The notes under the pieces are model-generated. The model was not told the DNA's origin. It did no database searches and saw nothing but the letters and a program-made list of their open reading frames with translations. Below are positions 38,121 through 47,402 of a DNA stretch of 64,000 bases, one piece after another. Position numbers and translations under genes: made by a program. The stretch is from Faecousia sp. (lineage in GTDB: Bacteria > Bacillota > Clostridia > Oscillospirales > Oscillospiraceae): the NCBI GenBank assembly GCA_045580125.1, contig JAZNNE010000022.1, forward strand, positions 30 through 64,029. The letters are read 5' to 3'. Position 1 is the stretch's first letter; every line of letters starts with the position of its first letter.

Positions 38121-39038
38121 ATGGAAAATGTACTTACCACCAACGCACTTTGTAAAAAGTATAAGAAGCGAATGGTCGTTGACAGCGTAAATATGCACAT
38201 CGACCGTGGAGATATCTACGGCTTTGTCGGCGAAAACGGCTCCGGAAAAACCACCATTATTCGCCTGATCACAGGGCTGATCTCCCCTTATGCCGGCAGT
38301 TTTACTGTTTTCGGCGCAGACAGTCAATCCCGGGATATCCGCCAAGCCCGTCGCCGTATGGGTGCCATCGTGGAAAGCCCTTCCATTTACCTGAATCTGT
38401 CCGCTTACGACAACTTAAAAACCCAGTGTGCCATTTGCGGCATTGACGACGACGAGAAAATCCGCGCCGTTTTGCACGATGTGGGTCTGGAGGATCTGAT
38501 CGGCGACAAAAAGCACGCCGGCAATTTTTCCCTGGGTATGCGGCAGCGGCTGGGTATTGCCATGGCGCTTTTGCACGATCCGGAATTTCTGATTCTGGAT
38601 GAACCGATGAACGGTCTGGATCCTGCCGGCATTGTGGAAATCCGGGAGCTGATCCTGAAACTGAATCGGGAGCAGGGCATCACCTTCCTGATCTCCTCCC
38701 ACATTCTGACGGAGCTTTCCCTGATCGCCACCAAATACGGCATCATTTCCAAGGGCAAGCTGATCAAGGAAATCACCTCTGAGCAGCTGCACAACGAATG
38801 CTCCCAAACCACCTGCATCGCTGCAGATGATCCCGACAAGCTGCTGGCAGTTGTGCAAAATTGCATTGCAAACCCCTGCCAGCGCACCGATACCGGTGTC
38901 AAGGTCCTTGGCGATGTCGATCTGAATGCGCTGCTGGGCGCGATCCTTGCTGAAAATATCCGCATCCGCAGCGTCAACTGCAGCGAACCCAGCTTTGAAG
39001 CGTACTATCTGTCCTTGATTGGGGGTGCGGCGCAATGA
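38121..39038 (+). CDS. ABC transporter ATPase (BcrA-like)
   Basis: GENGSGKTT, FSLGMRQRLGIA, ILDEPMNGLDP, ISSHIL. Confidence 0.92.
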   Translation: MENVLTTNALCKKYKKRMVVDSVNMHIDRGDIYGFVGENGSGKTTIIRLITGLISPYAGSFTVFGADSQSRDIRQARRRMGAIVESPSIYLNLSAYDNLKTQCAICGIDDDEKIRAVLHDVGLEDLIGDKKHAGNFSLGMRQRLGIAMALLHDPEFLILDEPMNGLDPAGIVEIRELILKLNREQGITFLISSHILTELSLIATKYGIISKGKLIKEITSEQLHNECSQTTCIAADDPDKLLAVVQNCIANPCQRTDTGVKVLGDVDLNALLGAILAENIRIRSVNCSEPSFEAYYLSLIGGAAQ

Positions 39039-39859
39039 GAGGTTTGATAAAAGCGGATTTTAAGCGCATCGCAAAGGATAAGCTGCTGCTGGTTATGGGA
39101 ATTCTCGCCGTTGTATTCGCCGCCATCACGCCGCTGCTGTATGCCGCGCTGTTTTCTGACCCAATATTTGCAGAGGATCCTATGTTCTCCTCCTTCATTT
39201 TTGCGAAGGATCAGTTCTTTGACAGCTTCTCCATCGGCAACAATCTGGGTCTGATCGCCCCGGTTTTGCTGGGCATTGCCCTGTGTAAGGATTTCTCTTT
39301 CGGCACAGTCCGCAATAAGATCATCGTAGGCAAGAGTCGCAGCGCGATTTTCCTGTCGCTATTCATTACCTGCGCAACGGTGCTGGTTTCCGTTATGCTG
39401 CTGCACGCCTTTGCAACGCTGGGTATCAGCCTGATCTTCTTTGATTATCAGCCCGAGCCCTTTACCTTCTCTGACTTTTGGTATTTCCTGGCATCGTTGG
39501 GCTTTGCGATCCTGACGCTTTTGTGGGTGGCAGCGCTGCTGTCCTGCCTGTGCGCAAGTATGAAAAATGTAGGTCTGGTGATCGTGCTGTATATCGCCTC
39601 GTCCTTTGTCCTTGTCATCGCCGGCAGCGTCGTGAATACATCCCTGTTTTTCCTGGAAGCCTCCGAAGCCCAAAAAAGCCTGATCGCTATTTTGGACTTT
39701 GTGGACCGGATCAATGTAGGAACCGCCATCAACCATATCGGCAACGGCAACAGTTACACGCTGGAGGATGTTTTGTACCTGACCCTCCCCGCCATTGTCG
39801 GTATTCTCAGCTTCCTGGGATTGGGTCTGTGGCGCTTTAACAAAAAGGACCTGAAATAA
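39035..39859 (+). CDS. ABC-2 type transporter permease
   Basis: Six TM segments, DFSFGTVRNKIIVGKSR; ATGA-overlaps the ATPase. Confidence 0.88.
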   Translation: MRGLIKADFKRIAKDKLLLVMGILAVVFAAITPLLYAALFSDPIFAEDPMFSSFIFAKDQFFDSFSIGNNLGLIAPVLLGIALCKDFSFGTVRNKIIVGKSRSAIFLSLFITCATVLVSVMLLHAFATLGISLIFFDYQPEPFTFSDFWYFLASLGFAILTLLWVAALLSCLCASMKNVGLVIVLYIASSFVLVIAGSVVNTSLFFLEASEAQKSLIAILDFVDRINVGTAINHIGNGNSYTLEDVLYLTLPAIVGILSFLGLGLWRFNKKDLK

Positions 39860-39862
39860 AAT

Positions 39863-39905
39863 AAAACAGCTAGTCGAAAGGCAACGTTTCGACTAGCTGT
39901 TTTTT
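39863..39905. terminator. Bidirectional terminator
   Basis: AAAACAGCTAGTCGAAA-ggcaacg-TTTCGACTAGCTGTTTT. Confidence 0.88.
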
Positions 39906-39916
39906 ATTGCGATCGC

Positions 39917-41452
39917 TCAGGGCTCATTGACCACACCTGCAAACAAAGGCAGATTGTCCCGGCTGCTGACCACGAACAGGAAGGGTCTGTCCAGCACCAG
40001 GTCGACCTCGTCCACCTGCGGCGGCGGAGCCATACCGGCCAAGAACATAACCGTAAATGCCGCGCCCTTGCAGCCCTCCTCGTCAATGACTACCCGGGCG
40101 GCATGGTTGATCCCATCCACAAATATGGGCTCATCTTCGGTAAGCGCACTGAAATCAGATACGTTCAGATCAAAAATATCCGTTACACCCATTGCCTGCA
40201 TACCGGAAATCAGATCCTGCTGCTGGGTAACATCAAATTTAGGCAGGCTCAGGTTGATCAGCATTTCCCGCTTGTTCTCCCAGGCACCGGGGTTCAGCGT
40301 CATTTGCAGATACTCGCCGCTTGCCAAAATATCTTCTGCAGTGTAGCCTTCGTCCGGCAGGATCAGCCACATTCCATTGTCCCCCGTCAGCTCCAGCTTG
40401 ATGGCGGCAAAGTTCTCCGCCCAATAATACTCCTGACGCAGGCTCCTATTCATAAAGGGAACGTTTCTGTCCACATCGGCACTGTGAAACAGCGCGTTTT
40501 TCGTTTCATCCTTCCCGAATTTCTTGTCCCAGGAAGCGGTGAAATAAACCGAAGAAGCCAGGGCAAAGGCAGAATTTTTGTGCAGAGAAATGTTATTTGC
40601 CTGCTCTGTCAGCATTCCGCCGGTACTTTCATTGAGCCAGCTTCGCAGCTGCTGATTCATCTCTTCTGTGCCCAGATCGCCGCTGAAGGAGGACGCATAG
40701 TAGCGATCCGCCAAAAGCTGCGCCGTTTCCGTGTTGACGGTGTACCCTTCATCCAGCCACAGAGAATTGGCAAGCAGCGTGGAAGTTACACCGTCCTCGC
40801 AGTAATGGGCATTCCACAGGTTATCCGCCTGCTCCCGCAGCTGCTCAATGGTATCCAAGCCGAACAGATCCAGGATCTGCTGCCGGGAATTGCCCTCCGC
40901 AGTTTCCGCCAGCATCGCCATCGCCAGATACACATTCACCGGAGAACAGACCTGATTGCCATTCCCCTGCAGAAATTGCTGCATACTGGTTTGGAAAAAG
41001 TCCGTCAGGCTGTCTGCATAGCCGTCGGGCTGGATATACTGCCGCAAACGCTCTGCTTCCCAGGCGTTGCACGCATTGTAAAACTCCATAGAGCTGGTAT
41101 TGTACTCTTCCTTTGTGGGATATTGGGGCATCTGCGGGTACGCAGGCTCTGCCACCAAATTGGTCAGCGGCACGATCACCGGCTCCGGGGCCGGTGTTGT
41201 AGGCGGATTGGTTACCACCGGTCTTGTTGCCGTCGGCTCTGTGGCAGGGAGTGGCTCCAGAATGGGTGGGTCGGCAGGCAACACGCCCCTGCCCGCCAGC
41301 ACACCGATACCGATAGTCAGCGCCAATGCCGCCGCCACCGTCGCCCTCCAATAGGGACGGCGGGGTTTCTTTTTGTCTTTTTTTGCAATATGCTCTGCCA
41401 CCAGGTCTTGATCCAGGTGGCTTAATCCTTCATTCCACTGCTTTGAATTCAT
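39917..41452 (-). CDS. Anti-sigma-like N-terminus, TM helix, Pro/Thr linker and extracellular serpin domain
   Basis: SPVNVYLAMAMLAETAEGNSRQQI, ANSLW, LASSVYFTASW, LSLPKF, NHAARVVIDEEG, LDRPFLF; N-terminus MNSKQWNEGLSHLDQDLVAE then a TM helix. Confidence 0.88.
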   Translation of the reverse strand: MNSKQWNEGLSHLDQDLVAEHIAKKDKKKPRRPYWRATVAAALALTIGIGVLAGRGVLPADPPILEPLPATEPTATRPVVTNPPTTPAPEPVIVPLTNLVAEPAYPQMPQYPTKEEYNTSSMEFYNACNAWEAERLRQYIQPDGYADSLTDFFQTSMQQFLQGNGNQVCSPVNVYLAMAMLAETAEGNSRQQILDLFGLDTIEQLREQADNLWNAHYCEDGVTSTLLANSLWLDEGYTVNTETAQLLADRYYASSFSGDLGTEEMNQQLRSWLNESTGGMLTEQANNISLHKNSAFALASSVYFTASWDKKFGKDETKNALFHSADVDRNVPFMNRSLRQEYYWAENFAAIKLELTGDNGMWLILPDEGYTAEDILASGEYLQMTLNPGAWENKREMLINLSLPKFDVTQQQDLISGMQAMGVTDIFDLNVSDFSALTEDEPIFVDGINHAARVVIDEEGCKGAAFTVMFLAGMAPPPQVDEVDLVLDRPFLFVVSSRDNLPLFAGVVNEP

Positions 41453-42024
41453 AAGGAATATCCCTCACTTTCCAGTTTCTGTCGCAGGGCTTTTCTGACC
41501 GCCGCCAGCTCCTTGTTGACCATAGACCGGCTCAAATTCAGCTCTTTGGCGATGGTTTCGATGGGCTCTGCCATATAGTAGCGGCTGATAAAAACGTATC
41601 TCTTGCGGCTGGACAATTCCCGCAAAAAGTCGCTGATGACCCTGCCCAATTCTCTTGCCTCCGCTTTTGCGCTGACATCCTCCTGACCGGAGAGAAAATC
41701 CTCCAGCTCGGTTAAAGACACCGCCATTTCGCTGTGGCGGAGATTCTTGTGATAACGGTTCACGGCGATCCTGCGAATAATGGCGGTTAAAAATGCCTTC
41801 AGCACCGCAGGCTTTGTGGGAGGAATTGCGTTCCAGGTGGCAAGATAGGTGTCGTTTAGACATTCTTCGCAATCTTTTTCGCCACCGACAATGTTATGCG
41901 CCACCGTGTACAGATACTTTCTGTATTTGAAATCCGTTTCGTCGATGGCGCTCTCATCCCGCGACCAGTAAAGTGTAATGATCTTTTCGTCGTCAAGCGG
42001 CAGCTTAACCGTTTGCAGTGCCAT
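41449..42024 (-). CDS. ECF RNA polymerase sigma factor
   Basis: DDEKIITLYWSRDESAI, DCEECLNDTYLATWNAIPP (region 2), RYVFISRYY...IETIAKELNLS..V (region 4 HTH). Confidence 0.92.
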   Translation of the reverse strand: MALQTVKLPLDDEKIITLYWSRDESAIDETDFKYRKYLYTVAHNIVGGEKDCEECLNDTYLATWNAIPPTKPAVLKAFLTAIIRRIAVNRYHKNLRHSEMAVSLTELEDFLSGQEDVSAKAEARELGRVISDFLRELSSRKRYVFISRYYMAEPIETIAKELNLSRSMVNKELAAVRKALRQKLESEGYSL

Positions 42025-42196
42025 ATTTCTCCCCCTTTCGCCGCATTGAAAGGCCCTTCATAACTATAAGTCAAGAAAAACTATGAAAGTGTGTAATCCT
42101 TTGTTTATTTTCATTATAACACAAAGGCGCATCGATGACCAGCAAATACCAAAATTCCCGAAATGCATCAGCATTTCGGGAATTTAATGTATAGGA

Positions 42197-43021
42197 TTAC
42201 ATCGTCTTGCGATAATTTTCCAGATTCAGATCTGTGTTGTAGGTAGGATCGCCGGGATTGATGCCGTTCATCACCTGCATAATGTGGTACGCATCCTGCT
42301 GCATTTTCTTCACAGCCTCCAGCTTCGGCAACGACTTGTCCCGATAGATCGGGTCGCCGATATTCACATCCACCAGCGGCGTCTTGCCGATCAGCTTCCA
42401 CAAGCCCGTTCTGGGGCGGAAGGAAAAGGTGATGGGCAGGATCGGACGGTCATAGCTGACGGCGTACTTAAACACCGCTTTTTTCAGCGGGCGAATATCC
42501 GGATAGTAGTACCACATAGAGCCCTCCGGGAAAAAGTGCAGCCACTCCTTCTTTTCCAGGACCTCTTCGATGGCTCCCATAAACTTTGCCATAGACCGGT
42601 GGTTGTCTGTCGGAACCGGAATGCCGCCGGACATACGGATCCACGTTTTGTTGGAGCCTTCCAGATTGGTCTTCCAAACCGGAAAATAGCCAATATGAGG
42701 GCGCAGAACAACCAGAAGCGTGGCATAGTCCATAAACATAACGTGGTTAGAGATGGTGATCAAGCCCTCTTTAAACAGTTCCTTATAGGATTTTACCTTT
42801 TTTCTGTCGTGGACGCGTATGCCATAGGCCAGCCAGACCACCAATGGCAGCAGCGTATTCTGAAGCGCCCGCAGCAGTACCCGCTGACACCGGAACCAGA
42901 AGCCCTTCGGTAAATAAGGATAATTTTCGTCCAGATTCACATCCCGCAGATGCTTTACCTTCAGCATATGCCCATCGCATTTATCCGGATATGTATAGTC
43001 AAGGTTGTGTCTGTAATACAT
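42197..43021 (-). CDS. PlsC-type acyltransferase (third copy)
   Basis: SNHVMFMD (HX4D), HFFPEG, RPILP. Confidence 0.82.
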   Translation of the reverse strand: MYYRHNLDYTYPDKCDGHMLKVKHLRDVNLDENYPYLPKGFWFRCQRVLLRALQNTLLPLVVWLAYGIRVHDRKKVKSYKELFKEGLITISNHVMFMDYATLLVVLRPHIGYFPVWKTNLEGSNKTWIRMSGGIPVPTDNHRSMAKFMGAIEEVLEKKEWLHFFPEGSMWYYYPDIRPLKKAVFKYAVSYDRPILPITFSFRPRTGLWKLIGKTPLVDVNIGDPIYRDKSLPKLEAVKKMQQDAYHIMQVMNGINPGDPTYNTDLNLENYRKTM

Positions 43022-43063
43022 TACAAGGCCTCACTTTTTTATGTATTGCGCATTTCCTTTCCG

Positions 43064-43092
43064 ATTATATCACACAGACGCCTTTGACTCAA
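43064..43092 (-). promoter_or_regulatory. sigmaA promoter
   Basis: TTGAGT-17 bp-TATAAT with TG extension. Confidence 0.68.
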
Positions 43093-43115
43093 GCATTAAA
43101 TTCCCCACCCAAAAA

Positions 43116-43141
43116 CGGAGCTGTTGCGTTTGCAACAGCTC
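43116..43141 (-). terminator. Probable terminator hairpin
   Basis: GGAGCTGTTGCG-tt-TGCAACAGCTCC downstream of the 43192 stop. Confidence 0.55.
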
Positions 43142-43191
43142 CGCCTGTTTGGTTTTCTTTTGCCAAGTGTCATTTCTCCGCGCCGTCAAAA

Positions 43192-44286
43192 TTACGGCAG
43201 CGCCTTATTGAACATATTCAGAATATCCTGCATCATTTCCCCATTGACCTCACTGTACAAGGCGTGGTCAACACCGCTGCAGAATTCCGCCTGTTCTTCC
43301 CAGGTCAGATCCCGGTCGTATTCCTTCTTCAGCTGTTTCAGGTCTTTTGCAACCTTTTCCTGATAGGCAACGGCGCGCAGCGAGTGCAAAATCGTATTGT
43401 GTCCCGCCTGAGGACCGGTGCCAACGTAATACGTTACATTTTTACTCCGGATCTCATCTTTGTGAGAAATAACGGATTGATGCGCATAGCCAATAACGAA
43501 ATCACGGGTTCCGTGGGCAATATAGACCGGAATGTCGGTGCTGTTAATACCCCGCACGGCATCGTATTTTGTGTAGTCCTTAAACAGCAGCTTTTGATAC
43601 GCATTCAAAAAGTCCTTGGGAAAATCAAATTTCACCATATCTGCGAAGGGCGCCATATATTGGTCTCCCTTTTCCACGAACAGCGTATAGCCGCTGTTAA
43701 ACGGAGCTACCGCTGCGCATCCGCGGACATTTTTGTGGATAGAAAGCACCGATGTTGCCGCGTAGCCGCCCCAGGAATGTCCGAACAGGAACAGCGGGTA
43801 TTTAGACAGCCGCTTGTTGCTTTTGATATAGGTCAAGGCGTGATCCAAATTCACCAAGGGCGTGCACATACCCACGGTAGAATCGCCCTCAGAGGCGTAT
43901 GTACCCTGACAATCGTAGGAAAACACAGCATATCCGTTGTTGACAAAGTATTCAATAAACGGAATGTAATCGTCTGAGCCGGCATGCATACCGTGGCAAA
44001 CCACGACCATTCCCTTGGCGTTGGGGCAGGGATAGAAATAGCCCTGAAGCTTCAACCGACCGCTGGGAAAGAAAAACGTGGTCCGCTGCAGCTTATTTTC
44101 CACGCGACTGTAATCAAATTCACCGAATACCGTATTGATATCCCGTTTTTCATATCTTTTGAAGAAGGAATCGTACGCAGTCTTCGCTCCCAGGATCGTT
44201 CCCAGCTGAAGACCTGTGCGCAGCGCGAGCCCCGCAAGCGCTTTTGCGTCATTCATAAAGCGTCCGCTTTGCTCTTTGTTTTCCAC
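43192..44286 (-). CDS. Alpha/beta-hydrolase (serine aminopeptidase/lipase-like)
   Basis: VVCHGM, YDCQGT..SEG, FGHSWGG, AHGTRD, AGHN; GTG start 44286. Confidence 0.85.
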   Translation of the reverse strand: MENKEQSGRFMNDAKALAGLALRTGLQLGTILGAKTAYDSFFKRYEKRDINTVFGEFDYSRVENKLQRTTFFFPSGRLKLQGYFYPCPNAKGMVVVCHGMHAGSDDYIPFIEYFVNNGYAVFSYDCQGTYASEGDSTVGMCTPLVNLDHALTYIKSNKRLSKYPLFLFGHSWGGYAATSVLSIHKNVRGCAAVAPFNSGYTLFVEKGDQYMAPFADMVKFDFPKDFLNAYQKLLFKDYTKYDAVRGINSTDIPVYIAHGTRDFVIGYAHQSVISHKDEIRSKNVTYYVGTGPQAGHNTILHSLRAVAYQEKVAKDLKQLKKEYDRDLTWEEQAEFCSGVDHALYSEVNGEMMQDILNMFNKALP

Positions 44287-44454
44287 TGTGCAAACCCCCT
44301 TGTTTAGATTATTGTTTGCCGGCTTTGTGCCGGTAACATCTGCTTGCCCATTCAGTTTAGCACAGTTTTTTGGATTTTTCAACAGCTCGGTTTGCGGTAT
44401 CCGACGGGCACTACGCCTGGTGAAGCTACTTCGCATTCATCTAACCGTTATTGC

Positions 44455-46647
44455 TCATTCAGGTATGTCATCTTCTGCAATCGTCTTCCCGGTTTTAACA
44501 AACGACATCGTTGCAGCGTCAAACTCTAGAATATCCGCTGTGTCGGTTCGTTTCTCGCCTGCATAAATCATACCGCTTTCAGGATGCTGGGAAATCCAAT
44601 AATATCCATAAGGATATGTCACCAATACGGGGGCGCCGTTCTTTACGCCATAGATCTCTCCCGCACCATGGCGTGCTTCTGTTTGGTAGAGCTTATAGTC
44701 CCCGCATTCAAACCAAATTCCACCAAAATTTCTATTCTCATTATGGTCAATAAGACACTCGGCATGGCCTGTAGCGCTTATATACCACAATGATCTTGGC
44801 GAATAAACATCATAGTATGTAGCAACATCACCAGAACTTATGAAGGCCTCCTTCTTTCCGTCGCTGTCAAAATCATCATAGCACCATTCCATGATTGTCT
44901 CTGGAATAACTGCTGCAGCTATTTTATATAGTTCGGTATCCAGGAAGTTTTCTTCTTGGGTCGGCATATTCGGATCCACCGATTCTACTAACAAGTTTTT
45001 TAGATTTGCGTTCAAATATGCCTTCGTTTTCTCGTAATAATCAGTTGAATCACATTCTACGCCGTCAGCCGCAAGGTATAGCTTCATTAGTGCCTCATTA
45101 ATCTGGGGTACTTTCTCATGTGTATAGTCTTTTCCCCAAAGTGTCGTGTATGCTTGTTTTGATGCTACCAATGTAAAAATGGCACACAAGCGCAAATTGT
45201 CCAGCGATTCTGTTGTGTATTGCTCTGAGTAACGCATCGCAAAGTAGGAGTTCGCAACTAACTGAGCGTTTTCATCAATTACGTATAACATCGCATCCCC
45301 TTTTAGTTGTTCCACAGCATCTCTAAAGTCTTTGTTGACTAGCATAAGCGCATTATAGCTAACCTTATACGGTGCCAAAGCATACCCGGATACGGTATCA
45401 GCAGTCCCCTCCAGGAAACGTGTTCCAAGATCCAGCATAGCAGTTCCTGCCGTTGCGACCAACTTATCAGCAACTTCGTTTCCATAAAGCGCCTGAACTA
45501 ATTGTGCCGCATGATATGCATCCGAATCCGCTTCCCGTAGCATTTGCGCAAGCGGACCATCAACATAAACAGCTCCAAGCATTTTGCTATGGTCACTAAC
45601 CTGATTTTCGTAGTGGTACCAATAATCAAATATTTTATATGCGCCGCTATAAATATCCGAAACGCCTACATCTTTAAATTTGGTGCACATTGCCTCCCAA
45701 CTCGGATTCTGAACATCTAGCGTTTTTGCGCCGTTAATATATTCGTACAATTTGCCCGTATTGGTTACTACAGATATTGCACTTTTGCCAAGGGTGTTCG
45801 TATCCGATGCTAAGCTATATATAGCTGAACTGGGAGTAATTCGCTTGTCAAAGGCTGCAAGATAGGTCGCATCATCAATTAAGTATCCCTTGAAAAGCTT
45901 TTTATAGTCATTCAACTTGCCGTAACCTAACAAACGATCAAACCGCAGATTTAATACATTGAACGTATCGAGGATATATGCTGAAAAAGTAATGAAACCT
46001 TTTGCTTTCATATCAGAGGAAGCATTAAATGCTAATTCCGCAATATCAATGCTATACAAGGCTTCCGAAATCGAAATAGGGTTGGGCGAGATAATCAATT
46101 CGTTGTTGCTTGAAATTTGAACCTTCGCATTAAAAAACGGCACCACTTCCGATAAAGGCAAATATAGTGTGCCTCCTTCAAAATGTTGATCGGAAAAAGT
46201 TCCAGATAGAACCGGTTGATAAGTTGCGCTGTTAGGAAATGTTCTGTTTAAGTAAGCAATTGCCTTGTGCGCCGCATCGGTATCTTGATATGTAAAACGG
46301 CTTTTGTTGAAACCTTCTGCGTCTGTATAGTAACTTAAAACAAATGCTGTGCCGTCTTTGGAAATGAAAATCCGTTTAGCGAAATCATGATTTTCCTCCT
46401 CTCCCTTTGGGAAAAAAACATAGCTATCATCAGATTCCCTATAATCATACAGACCGAAATATGTCATCCAGGTGATTGGCACAAACAAAGTTCCGTCGTC
46501 ATCAGAGAGAACGTCTGCAGACAAACGTTCACCGCCATAGATGATCGGAATTTTCTTTTTTGTGAAATTTCTGGTTGCAGAAACTTCGACGGTAATTGAC
46601 GCAATTATGGCAAGAAAAAGAATTGCAGAAATGAATTTTTTCATCAT
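44455..46647 (-). CDS. Large secreted protein of unknown function
   Basis: Signal peptide MMKKFISAILFLAIIASITVEVSA; 730-aa open frame; C-terminal DFDSDGKKE motif. Confidence 0.8.
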   Translation of the reverse strand: MMKKFISAILFLAIIASITVEVSATRNFTKKKIPIIYGGERLSADVLSDDDGTLFVPITWMTYFGLYDYRESDDSYVFFPKGEEENHDFAKRIFISKDGTAFVLSYYTDAEGFNKSRFTYQDTDAAHKAIAYLNRTFPNSATYQPVLSGTFSDQHFEGGTLYLPLSEVVPFFNAKVQISSNNELIISPNPISISEALYSIDIAELAFNASSDMKAKGFITFSAYILDTFNVLNLRFDRLLGYGKLNDYKKLFKGYLIDDATYLAAFDKRITPSSAIYSLASDTNTLGKSAISVVTNTGKLYEYINGAKTLDVQNPSWEAMCTKFKDVGVSDIYSGAYKIFDYWYHYENQVSDHSKMLGAVYVDGPLAQMLREADSDAYHAAQLVQALYGNEVADKLVATAGTAMLDLGTRFLEGTADTVSGYALAPYKVSYNALMLVNKDFRDAVEQLKGDAMLYVIDENAQLVANSYFAMRYSEQYTTESLDNLRLCAIFTLVASKQAYTTLWGKDYTHEKVPQINEALMKLYLAADGVECDSTDYYEKTKAYLNANLKNLLVESVDPNMPTQEENFLDTELYKIAAAVIPETIMEWCYDDFDSDGKKEAFISSGDVATYYDVYSPRSLWYISATGHAECLIDHNENRNFGGIWFECGDYKLYQTEARHGAGEIYGVKNGAPVLVTYPYGYYWISQHPESGMIYAGEKRTDTADILEFDAATMSFVKTGKTIAEDDIPE

Positions 46648-47180
46648 TCTAGCCCCTTCCATAAAGACGATAAGTATTCTTGTTGAAGTTTCGTAATATT
46701 GCCGTAATAGGCATTATAAAAATCCTCGGTCAAAATTGCTGAGTAGCCATCTGGCCCCTCTAACAATACCACTTCAATTTCCGTTTCCAAAATGTCAGTA
46801 TTCCTTAATTCTTCGGTGATAACGCGATCCATCTCTTCAGTCGAGGATACGTTTATGTAGGTTTCATCTAATTTTTGGGCCAGACTGTAGAGATCAATTG
46901 ATTTAACCGTAATTTGCGCAACTGTTACGCCGTCTTTTTCTTCTATTCCTAGAATCTCATAATCAATCTTTTCCAGCAATGAGGAAAAAAACTCTGGTGT
47001 CAGTTCTGAATTATTAATCGAACTGAAATCCTTTGAGAGTGCATTGGCTATTGCAACTTCAGCCATAACTAATTTATCGTTTTTCTTTTTATTGCCAAAA
47101 TACAGGCAACTCAATACAACTGCAGTAAATAAGCAAGCAACTGACAGCCAAAATACCATCTTCATCCTTTTGTTTTGCAT
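46644..47180 (-). CDS. Membrane-anchored acidic hypothetical protein
   Basis: N-terminal TM; stop overlaps the next ATG (ATGA). Confidence 0.78.
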   Translation of the reverse strand: MQNKRMKMVFWLSVACLFTAVVLSCLYFGNKKKNDKLVMAEVAIANALSKDFSSINNSELTPEFFSSLLEKIDYEILGIEEKDGVTVAQITVKSIDLYSLAQKLDETYINVSSTEEMDRVITEELRNTDILETEIEVVLLEGPDGYSAILTEDFYNAYYGNITKLQQEYLSSLWKGLE

Positions 47181-47224
47181 GCAAAAACCTCCCCACGAAA
47201 AATAATGTAATTTTGTACACAGAG

Positions 47225-47252
47225 ATTATATCACAAATTTTGTCTATTGCAA
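47225..47252 (-). promoter_or_regulatory. sigmaA promoter (leftward)
   Basis: TTGCAA-16 bp-TATAAT with TG extension. Confidence 0.62.
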
Positions 47253-47343
47253 CTGTACTGACGGCATAATCTAACAATGGTCTTTAATAGTTGGAGGAAC
47301 GACTACTGTTGATTTGTGCCTGCTGCGGTGTCCGATGCGCGCC

Positions 47344-47372
47344 TTGACTTTTCTGCAGGTTCGCTATATTAT
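47344..47372 (+). promoter_or_regulatory. sigmaA promoter (rightward)
   Basis: TTGACT-17 bp-TATTAT. Confidence 0.68.
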
Positions 47373-47402
47373 ATTACCATCACACAGTTGGAGGTAATAT
47401 GG

